From assembly GCA_950097015.1 (NCBI GenBank), contig CATNEN010000011.1, forward strand, positions 5,394,001-5,458,000: a stretch of DNA of 64,000 bases, given 5' to 3'. The notes under the pieces were generated by a model that was not told the origin of the DNA, did no database searches, and saw only the letters and a list, made by a program, of their open reading frames with translations. Of this stretch, positions 1 through 8,984 are shown piece after piece. The stretch is from Macrostomum hystrix. Lineage: Eukaryota; Animalia; Platyhelminthes. The position numbers and the translations under genes were made by a program. The stretch's first letter is position 1. Each line of letters starts with the position of its first letter.

Positions 1-582
1 TCACGGCATTAGCGTTGATGGCAAGATTTCAAATGATTGTGCCGCTCTTCGGGGCTTGATTTCCCAACGAGTTCCATTGCGCCGTTGAGTGTCCGAAATG
101 TTTACTATTCTCCAACGATGAGGGTTTCCAGCTTTTTTGTCAACAAAACTCTCAAACAGAAATGTGTAAGGCGCTTTTTTTAGTTAATATCAATCTTAAT
201 TAATAGCTCGTATTTTGTTGGTGCTCAGATCTTTTGTCTTGCAATCTGGTCATTTATTCTAGCGTAAAAAGTTTTATGTACTAGCAATACTTTTTTCATG
301 AAAAATAATTTTTTAAGATGTGATACTCATGGCTAGTGTATTGACAGTACAATGTTTATTTACAAATAAATTCAAAGTTGTTCTTTGATCATGTTCTGAA
401 ATATTATTTGTTACATAATTTCTTTTGTTCTGATTATTTATTTCCTGATATGTTTAAACTAGTAAATTACGGACTTATTAGGACTAATAGATTGCGGAAG
501 TGAATGACATTGTCGACTAGGCAAGCCAGGTCTCATTCACTTCTATTTGAACTCTTGCAGATCTGAAGTCCTGAATTTGAGC

Positions 583-3492
583 ATGGCCTCAGCGCAGGTG
601 TATTGCAGCTTCTGCGGTGACAACCCGGCCGCTGTCTATTGCGCCACTCCTGGCTGCAGCAGGAATGTGCTGTGCAATGGCTGCGACAAAATCTGGCACG
701 GTCATCCTAATCGGAAGGGGCATATTACAGAGCCTTATAATCATCAGCAGCAACAGGCAAAGGCTGACACTCCTCTTCCACCGCCGCGATCGCCAAATCG
801 TCCCTACCCACCGCCGCAGCGACCACCTCCCCCGCGGCCGTCATCGGCCGGCTGGCAGTGCCAGCACTGCACCTTCTTGAATGAGCCGCCTCCGACTGGT
901 TCGGCTAAGAAAATTTGCGGCATGTGCGGCAAAACTCATGGACTGCCCCCTGCGATTGGTACAGGGAACCATCCTGATTCAAACTCCGAATGTGTAAGCT
1001 CTGAGATTGATCAAAGACCGCCAGCTCATGAGCAAACTGTTGGTACAACTGGAAGACCTGAAGACTCTGCTACAAATGTAGATGAGCTTAAAAAACAGTA
1101 TCTGCAGCATCAACAGAGACAGGGGGAAGAGAAGCCCTTTTCATATGAAGAGCAGCAACGATTTCTAAACGAACTGCAGCATTTGAAAAAGAAAGACATT
1201 GCAGGTGGTGAAATTCAGCAGGTGAGACAGCAGACAGAGCAACAGGAGAGACAGCACAGAGAGCAACAGGAGAGACTGCAGAGAGAGCAACAGGAGAGAC
1301 TGCAGAGAGAGCAACAGGAGAGACTGCAGAGAGAGCAACAGGAAAGACTACAGAGAAAGCAACAGGAGAGACTGCAGAGAGAGCAACAGGAGAGACAGCA
1401 GAGAGAGCAACAGGTGAGACAGCAGAGAGAGCAACAGGAGAGACAGCAGAGAGAGCAACAGGAGAGACTGCAGAGAGAGCAACAGGAGAGACTGCAGAGA
1501 GAGCAACAGGAGAGACTGCAGAAAGAGAAACAGGAGAGACTGCAGAGAGAGCAACAGGAGAGACAGCAGAGAGAGCAACAGGAGAGACTGCAGAAAGAGA
1601 AACAGGAGAGACTGCAGAGAGAGCAGCAGGAGAGACTGCAGAAAGGGCAACAGGAGAGACTGCAGAAAGGGCAACAGGAGAGACTGCAGAAAGAGCAGCA
1701 GGAGAGACTGCAGAGAGAGCAGCAGGAGAGACTGCAGAAAGAGCAGCAGGAGAGACAGCATTCGCAAATTCACTCTCCTTCAGACAATAGATCCGGCAAG
1801 TACGCTATTCGACAATCTGGTGGATCACATCAGAGCATCTGTGGCAGCTCCAGCAGCTGGGTTTGTGTTCACTGCACGCTTGAGAATCCAGTACCAGTTG
1901 AGCAGGGCTCTACACGAGCAGTTTGCAGCGCCTGCAACCGTTCCTCTGAACTTAATAGTGCCACATCCAATGGTGCCATGGCAGCCCGCAGTGAGACAAT
2001 GAGCGACGCATTCGGTGCCGTAGGTGGTGGGGCTGCTGAGCCAAATTTTGAATTTTCAGACGAAGTTCAGAGGCTTGCAGCACATCTGCTAGTAGAAGAG
2101 TGGGTGGCAGAGCGACTTTTAGCTGTGAAATCCGCGCCAAAGTTTCAACAATTTTCCGAACAGGATCTGGCTGCCGCCATCGAGTCTTGTGGCGAGTTGG
2201 CATACGAAGATGAAGCATTGCTGAGTCAGCTCCAGTGCAAGTGCAGTCGCTGCGCACAGCTCTTACCGCGACACAAGCTGGTGTCAATGATTGCGTGCGA
2301 GTGCCAAATGTGTCCGGACTGCTTTAGGGGGTACCTGCACAAGTTGAGCGGTAGTCAAATTCAGTGTCCAGTGTGTCACTTAAAATGCGATGATGAGTAC
2401 AGTCGCGAGCACATGCGAATGATGCTGCTGGAATTGGTGGATGTTCTCGGTGCTGATGCGGTCCAGTTCGCAGTCTTGCATCTTGAAGAATCTCCAGATA
2501 GTAGTGACCCTCGCTCTAACAATGGCTGGGAATCAGTGAAAGGCAAAAAAGGTTCAAATAAGAAAACTGAAGCTCACGATGAATCTATTTCCAACGCAAA
2601 TAGAATTAATTTCTGTCCGCACCACGTTGACGCGGTTGAAAAAAGAGCAACGCGTATCCCTGATAATTTCTGTAAGAAATGCAAGCAAAACGTCTGCACG
2701 CAGTGCAGCGGCTTCTGGGCAGATCACCAGCAGATGGACTGTGACAGCTACAAAAGGAAATTAGCCAGCAAGCAGAGTAGCGTTGTTGCTGCTGCTGCTG
2801 CTAAGGATGCCGCTAGTTATAGTAAACCTGGCCCAATTAAACCTGCAAAGCTGCAAAGTCAGATGATGGAGTTGCTGCAATCTGAGCTGAGGTGTCCCAG
2901 TTGCAGTCGCTTCTTCGAGAGAGTCTCCAAATCTGGTTATTACAGATTCCGCTGCTCCTGCAAGCATGAATTTTGTCCGTTTTGTTTGTCTCCCTTCATC
3001 GGCTGTCACGATGGCTGCAGAATTCGTGGAGTTCATGTGCACCACCAGAGACAGTGCTTCTTCTCACTGAAGCAAGCGAAGCAGACCACATTGATAGGCT
3101 TGCTTAGTTCTAAGAAAGTAGCCATCAATTCTGACTGCCCGTCAACAAAGAAGCAATGTCAGATTCTTGATCTCAAGCAGGAGAAAATTCAGTTGGTCGT
3201 GTTGCCATGTAACGAGAAAGTAACGCACAACAAGCCAGGTGTATGCGACAGACACTACCGTGAGTACCTGATTCAGCTCATCAATGCGCACAGACTTGAC
3301 CTGGTAGATGTTGCCAAAGAGAATGAGCTGCTGGAGATGTTCGAGAGATTCAGTTTGAGTGTTCCAGTAGTTTCTATGTCAAGCCCTACAACTGCAAAAA
3401 AGCAGCAAAAGTTGGCTATCTTTCGAGAGCAGTTTAAGAAATTGGTGCCTCCACTCAGTACCAGGGTCAGCATGAAAGAGACCGCATTGTAG
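583..3492 (+). CDS. RNF31: HOIP/RNF31 (LUBEL)-like RBR protein: B-box, NZF, octad repeat, NZF, UBA-like, RING1, IBR, RING2, LDD; catalytic Cys replaced
   Basis: Single-exon ORF; first ATG at 583 (track start 547 is TTG). HOIP-type B-box CSFCGDNPAAVYC...LCNGCDKIWHGHPNRKGH; NZF WQCQHCTFLN and WVCVHCTLEN; RING1 CSRCAQLLPRHKLVSMIACECQMCPDCF; IBR CKKCKQNVCTQC..W..H...C; RING2 CPSC...CSCKHEFCPFC; LDD HHQRQCFFSLK...GVCDRHYREYLIQLINAHRLD, compared with human HOIP HHPRDCLFYLR...GLCQAHYKEYLVSLINAHSLD. No PUB domain is recognisable. Confidence 0.88.
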   Translation: MASAQVYCSFCGDNPAAVYCATPGCSRNVLCNGCDKIWHGHPNRKGHITEPYNHQQQQAKADTPLPPPRSPNRPYPPPQRPPPPRPSSAGWQCQHCTFLNEPPPTGSAKKICGMCGKTHGLPPAIGTGNHPDSNSECVSSEIDQRPPAHEQTVGTTGRPEDSATNVDELKKQYLQHQQRQGEEKPFSYEEQQRFLNELQHLKKKDIAGGEIQQVRQQTEQQERQHREQQERLQREQQERLQREQQERLQREQQERLQRKQQERLQREQQERQQREQQVRQQREQQERQQREQQERLQREQQERLQREQQERLQKEKQERLQREQQERQQREQQERLQKEKQERLQREQQERLQKGQQERLQKGQQERLQKEQQERLQREQQERLQKEQQERQHSQIHSPSDNRSGKYAIRQSGGSHQSICGSSSSWVCVHCTLENPVPVEQGSTRAVCSACNRSSELNSATSNGAMAARSETMSDAFGAVGGGAAEPNFEFSDEVQRLAAHLLVEEWVAERLLAVKSAPKFQQFSEQDLAAAIESCGELAYEDEALLSQLQCKCSRCAQLLPRHKLVSMIACECQMCPDCFRGYLHKLSGSQIQCPVCHLKCDDEYSREHMRMMLLELVDVLGADAVQFAVLHLEESPDSSDPRSNNGWESVKGKKGSNKKTEAHDESISNANRINFCPHHVDAVEKRATRIPDNFCKKCKQNVCTQCSGFWADHQQMDCDSYKRKLASKQSSVVAAAAAKDAASYSKPGPIKPAKLQSQMMELLQSELRCPSCSRFFERVSKSGYYRFRCSCKHEFCPFCLSPFIGCHDGCRIRGVHVHHQRQCFFSLKQAKQTTLIGLLSSKKVAINSDCPSTKKQCQILDLKQEKIQLVVLPCNEKVTHNKPGVCDRHYREYLIQLINAHRLDLVDVAKENELLEMFERFSLSVPVVSMSSPTTAKKQQKLAIFREQFKKLVPPLSTRVSMKETAL
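1237..1764 (+). repeat. Coding 24-bp tandem repeat (about 22 copies) encoding EQQERLQR
   Basis: Unit GAGCAACAGGAGAGACTGCAGAGA, in frame inside the 583..3492 ORF. Confidence 0.95.
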
Positions 3493-5043
3493 ACTTCGGC
3501 CCTGCGTATTTGTTTTAATAATTCTAGCTGTCTATTTTCAAGCAGTTATATTCACTTTGCTTTCGACATACTTGACATTCATGTTCAACATGCATTCGTG
3601 TTTGTATCCTAGCGCGATTGGTGTAGGTATGAAGCTTCGTCTTAACTGGTGTAAAAGGTCATATTGATGCTGCTGGACGAATACTGTGAGCGTCTTATTT
3701 CACGATAAGAAGAGAAGAGATGGTTCAATGGTGTAGAACTGTGCTAAAGGCTCACAGGACTCACAGAACTCACAGGGCTTACGTACCGAATTATTATAAT
3801 CAAGTAAAATGTTTTTAGTTGTATTGTCCTTTTGTCGAGCTATTCAGATCCAGTAGCTTAATCGCTTAAATACGCTCAAATCGACCAATGAAGGCAAATA
3901 ATAAATTCGTAACAGGGTCGATGTTACATCCCTTTAATTATAAGTCATGCTGTCTTGTCCTCTTAAATTTTTTTTAGATTTTCTTGTCCTAACAACATTG
4001 ATGATAGAAAATTATCATAGTTCTTTGCTTTAACTGTTTTACTTTCTTGAAGTCAAATTTATCGTTTTTGTGTTTCTGTTTGTTCGGACCTGATAACTTT
4101 TCGCGTATTATTGAAACAATTCATACTACTCTAAAAGGCTGTTGCCTTTTAGATCCAGCTTCATTTTTGCCGGCTAAATTTGATTGTTAAAAAGTGTTTT
4201 TTAAAATAAAAAATACCTTTCTGTTTAGTCTGTGTGATCCATTTTATTAAGATCTTTCCTATTTATGCACAGTCGAAAATGCAGTGATTTTTACTTTTGA
4301 TTTATTGAGCCAATCAGTTTCTGGCTGTTAATTTTTGTGCGAATTCAAATTCTACATATAGACCGTATTCTTATAATTAGCTACGCGTAATCACTCTTGG
4401 AATAACTTGCCATTTTCACATGTGATTGTCTGCTACTCCTTTAGTTGCGACATTATTTTTAAAGAGAAGTTATTCTCATAAAAATAAGGTCGCCCATGTT
4501 GCCGATTCATAATATATTCTAATAAAGGTCTAACAATCAAATTTCCTATAATTAATTAGATTCTAAAGTATCTGCAAAGCTTAATTCAGCGCTCGTAATT
4601 AACTTTCGTTTTAAAATCTAACCATTTTTGAAAACCTACATGCTTCCAGTGGAAAATAGACTTAATATCGCCAAATTACTCGTATATTCCAGTGTTCTGT
4701 CTTTGACTTTTTCGATTATACTCGTATGTTACTGCTGTTTTTTCATTTTTTTGGACGGTAAATCATAAAATTAATAGTCCAAAATAGTAGTATGTCTGGA
4801 GTGGAGATATGGGGATATGTGTCACAGTTTTTCCGATTTAGGGGGGGGGTGATGGTGATTTCAAAACGTGGAAATGAAATAAATTTTCTATTTGAGTTGC
4901 GCATAAGGCCCCCCCCTAGTCGAATTCCTAGTTACTCTACTACATCACACATTCGAATTGTTCTGTTACTCCGGTTAGGTGACAATAAGAATATTTTTAT
5001 TTATACTAGCAGCAGTGCTTTGGTCACCGGCACATTCTTTAGT

Positions 5044-5318
5044 GACACTAGACCAGCAGCCAGCGAGGAGGCGATTCCAGCCATTCCGCTGACGCGTGAG
5101 CACACTGGCGCTTACAGTTACCTTACGCAGGCACAAACTCACTCAGACGGTGAAAATCTGCCTTGAATTTCTCATCGTCAGGCAGTGTGCATCTTCATTG
5201 TGTCTTGGAGGTTGGCCCTAAATGGCGTAAATTGCACGACAAGCCCCCAAGCCTTCCCTCCGGGGCTGCGCCCCAAATTAATGTGGCCTCGCCGCGGAAG
5301 ACCGCTTTGCTACCCACC
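5044..5318 (-). mobile_element. tRNA-derived SINE family 1, copy A
   Basis: Shares GACACTAGACC.GCAGCCAGCGAGGAGGC, TTTCTCATCGTCAGGCAGTGT and ATGTGGCCTCGCC with six other copies in the window; the tRNA-like head is partly deleted. Confidence 0.75.
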
Positions 5319-5491
5319 GCCCGGTTAGGTATCAGCGATTTATATTCGATTCCCGATTCTATAACAATTGCATGATGCTTTCAAACTATGGATCCTCAGA
5401 TTTCTAGGAACTGATACAGGGACTGTAAGCAGAAATTCAGCGGTTGGGATTATTATTATTTTTCATTTACATTTCAGAGTATCAGCATCGC

Positions 5492-7576
5492 ATGGCCGAT
5501 TCCGAGTGGTGCCAGTTTTGCGGTGACAAGCCTGCTGTCAAGCAGTGCTCCGTGGAAGGCTGCAGTAGGAAGCGACTTTGCGAAGGATGCGACGAAATTT
5601 GGCACGGTCATCCGGCGCGAAAAGATCACCAGAGAATCTACATTCAGCGAGCAGCGGTTTCCCATTTGAGCGTGCTCAAAACTCGCCACGCAAACGAGGA
5701 GCCAGCCAATGAGCCTAAGAACTTCGGCCAGCCAATAAGATCGCAGAGTACAAACCAGCCGGTTGGAGAGCGTTATTCTAGCCGGCTAGTCAGAGAGCCG
5801 GGCAGACAGACAGACAGTCGTCATTCTCCCGAAGGTCCTTCTGTCAGAGCTCAAGAATCGGTCGAATCCGACTCTAGAAACTATACAAGATTCCAGAATA
5901 CAAAGTCTCATGACCCTGGACAGCTCACTGGCTTGTCGTGGACGTGCCCGCATTGCACTTTTATAAGCGGATTCAGCTGTAAAAGTGAAGCTTCACTTGA
6001 TGATCGCATAACGTGCAAAGTGTGCTCGAGAACCAGCAGCCTAGAGGAGGTTTGTAACAGCTTAAGGTCTGAAACTGGAAAGCTGCTGTGCCTTAATTGC
6101 ACATTAATGAACGACCTGAGTTCTACACAATGCGAGGGCTGTAACAAACCACTGTATATCAAATCAGGAGATAATGCCATTGGCGATTCACTTTCTGAAT
6201 TTAACAGTCGTGCTGGTGATTCTGCTGCTACTGCTGGCACTCCAATCGCTGACTGGAGTGATAGTGGAGACATTGCCGCTTCTGCAAGATCTAGTGCTGA
6301 AGTGCACCATAATGGCGCGGGCATTCATGGCCTTCCAACGCCAGCATCGCATGATGTAGGGGCCACCCCTGCTGAGCCAGTTAATGCGAGCCTCCAGTGT
6401 CAGATTTGTACTTTTAAAAATAGTCTAACTGCAAGCGCCTGTGAAATTTGCGCAAATTCGTTGACGGAAGCGAGTTCTGCTGATGGGCATAGAAACATGC
6501 CTGCTGTTGAATTAGATCAGGAAAGGAAAATAATTGATTCAAAGATTACTGAACTGATAGACCAGGGCTTCAGTTACGAATCTGCTTCTCGCCTTGCCGG
6601 TGAAGAAATTAAGGATATTACACAAGGTCGGAACTCTCAGACATATTTTAATTATTCTTCACAGTACGTAGGTGGTACACCTGCTGCTCAAAGTGTCCGA
6701 TTTTGTTGTTTTCGATGTAATTTGTCAGCCGAGGAAGCTGAACCGTTTCAGATAAAAATCTGTGGCTGCCGGCTCTGCGCTGACTGCTTTCGGAAGGTTG
6801 TGGAAAACCTGAGAAATAAAATATTTTCCCTCTTAGACGTTAAATGTTACTGCAGAATCTTTGTTCAGAGCCAGAGCCCACAGGAGCTAGAAGAGCATTA
6901 TTTAGACGTGCGACAGCAAATCGTGAGAAAGCTTGGCGACGGAAATACAGAGCTGATTCTCAACTGCTTCGATAGCCTTGTTAGGCACTCTGGTCAGCGT
7001 ACCAAAGTCCAATTCAACAATAAGTTCGCATGCTCGCGGTGTAAGAAGCCTGAAGATTTGAGCCGGAAAATCCAGCTGCCTCACTGCGCCTGCGCTGTGT
7101 GCCCTCATTGCTTTGATGAGTTTATCGTGAAGAAACTGCTCACTGGATGTAGGGATAAATACGATTTACATTGTCCTGGTTGCTTTAGGTGTTTGCTTCG
7201 TGGCGAAGTTAACGAGAGCTTGAATTTTTTGCAAGATCAGATTTTTTACAACCACAGCCTAAAATATACGGAACAAGAAAGTCGAACAGCAGTGAACAAT
7301 CTAGTGTCCGTTTCGTCGGAGTCTCGCACATGTTCAAGGTGTTTTCATTCATCTTGCGTCGCTCCAGGCACAAGAATATTTCAGTGCCTACATGTCTCCT
7401 GCTACGCCTTCACCTGCTGCAGATGCCGAAAGCAAGCTGAAAGAATTGACTTCTGCTCGCACTGTGACCGCAGCAGTCAACCATTGCTTTGCCCATCGGG
7501 GCACCCCTTAGAACGTTCTCTATCCGGCTACGGCGATTGGTGCAAAGTTTGCCTCCAATTTATTTACTTAAAATAA
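5492..7576 (+). CDS. HOIP-like paralog 2: B-box, 3x NZF, UBA-like, two RING1-type fingers, C-terminal IBR-like Cys-rich domain; no RING2/LDD
   Basis: ATG at 5492 (track start 5444 is TTG). B-box CQFCGDKPAVKQC...LCEGCDEIWHGHPARKDH; NZFs WTCPHCTF, LCLNCTLMN..CEGC, QCQICTFKN..CEIC; UBA-like LIDQGF; two C..C-x(n)-C.C..C..CF fingers. Confidence 0.82.
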   Translation: MADSEWCQFCGDKPAVKQCSVEGCSRKRLCEGCDEIWHGHPARKDHQRIYIQRAAVSHLSVLKTRHANEEPANEPKNFGQPIRSQSTNQPVGERYSSRLVREPGRQTDSRHSPEGPSVRAQESVESDSRNYTRFQNTKSHDPGQLTGLSWTCPHCTFISGFSCKSEASLDDRITCKVCSRTSSLEEVCNSLRSETGKLLCLNCTLMNDLSSTQCEGCNKPLYIKSGDNAIGDSLSEFNSRAGDSAATAGTPIADWSDSGDIAASARSSAEVHHNGAGIHGLPTPASHDVGATPAEPVNASLQCQICTFKNSLTASACEICANSLTEASSADGHRNMPAVELDQERKIIDSKITELIDQGFSYESASRLAGEEIKDITQGRNSQTYFNYSSQYVGGTPAAQSVRFCCFRCNLSAEEAEPFQIKICGCRLCADCFRKVVENLRNKIFSLLDVKCYCRIFVQSQSPQELEEHYLDVRQQIVRKLGDGNTELILNCFDSLVRHSGQRTKVQFNNKFACSRCKKPEDLSRKIQLPHCACAVCPHCFDEFIVKKLLTGCRDKYDLHCPGCFRCLLRGEVNESLNFLQDQIFYNHSLKYTEQESRTAVNNLVSVSSESRTCSRCFHSSCVAPGTRIFQCLHVSCYAFTCCRCRKQAERIDFCSHCDRSSQPLLCPSGHPLERSLSGYGDWCKVCLQFIYLK

Positions 7577-7829
7577 ACTTTTATCCACATCCCTGCGTGT
7601 TCTTTTTTGTATATTTTTATTTTGAGCTATTTTGACAGGCTGTTTGCATCTACCCCTCGTTGAGTTTTTATTTGAATTAGCTTCTTGGAATTGCCTGATA
7701 CATAACTCACCACCTGTGATGACTGACTTTTATTTTACGTTGTAATGTGGTCTCATTATATGTTGCGATGTATCACTACATTGTTTGTAAAAAAAGGCAC
7801 TGGTACATTATTTGATGATCCGCAGCTAA

Positions 7830-8060
7830 GTAGGAGGCAAATTTGCTTATTTTTCTGACTACTTTGAGCACACAGTTGTGTACATCTGTCCTGACTTTCT
7901 CATCTTCAGGCAGTGTACACCCTCACTGTGCCTTTGAAGTTGGCCCTTAAAATGGGGTAAATCGTGCGAAAATCCTCAAAAGCCTTCTCTCCGCGGCTGC
8001 CCCCCCAAAAGGAATGTAGCCACGATGCAGAATCGAGCTCAATGACCTTTGTGCGAGAAG
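7830..8060 (-). mobile_element. tRNA-derived SINE family 1, copy B
   Basis: Contains GTGTACATCTGTCCTGACTTTCTCATCTTCAGGCAGTGTACAC and the head fragment GAATCGAGCTCAATGACCTT.GTGCGAGA. Confidence 0.7.
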
Positions 8061-8984
8061 AAAAAGCCTGGAATCAATAAAACTGTTGTAAAACGTTAAT
8101 TGTAATACAAAATGCTTACTGTTGTCTATATAGTGTTTCTTAATCTTGTTTTTCACCAAAAGCCAACCAACAATTTAACAAAATTTTATAATTCTGTCTC
8201 ACACCCTCATATATATTTTCATCGGATAAACTGAGACTTGTGTACTTTTAAGACTTTGAGACTTGCTCATTTGTCAAATCTGCATGCTTTGCATATTTCT
8301 TTATCTACGAGCTATAATAGTTACCTTTAGCGTTGATTTCTTATCCAGTTGAGCTGTCTGTATTGAAAAAACTGCCAATGTGTTATGCCTATGCTCTCAA
8401 CATGCTCCATTTTTATTTACCTTAATTGAATCTTTGGTTGGCAGAGTTACCAGAACCATGCTCTGTGCCAATAGATTCAGAAATGTTCTTTCTGTTAACA
8501 CGTTACTTTATTATAAGAAACCCGGCCGTCTGTTTTGGCACTGAAATTATCACTAATGTTTGATATAAAATAAAAGCTTCTAGTAAAAATATGTGTTGTA
8601 CATTTTGAATTGCGTTATAAAATAGAACCTTGTGTTGAGAAAACTTTCAAACTATCTTAACGTACCCTCACATGGATTTGTTGAATATATTTTCAAGTAA
8701 TTTCAAGTAAAAAACAATGTCTATGCGATGTATTAAAAATGATTTATTGACTGTATCACTCAAATGGTTTTTCTAATTTACCTGTATAATGTCTTCGTTT
8801 TGTCCAGTTTTATCTTTTTTACTTTACATTTCTTTAGTGTTTTATTGTTCATATAATTAAATGAACGAGTTTTTTGTTAGAAAATAGATAATAAACAGCT
8901 ACATATTGGCATGCTCAATTTTATTTATTTAACAAAATCAATATAATTCAGTTCGACAATCTACTGAACACTTCAGAGCTTCCA

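Noticed and set aside
547-582. ORF-track start sites at 547, 5444, 19920 and 59742
   Set aside because: These are non-ATG starts that span likely splice acceptors. Downstream ATGs (583, 5492, 19995, 59667) give sensible N-termini.
1348-1773. Antisense Leu-rich 141-aa ORF
   Set aside because: It is the reverse complement of the coding 24-bp repeat.
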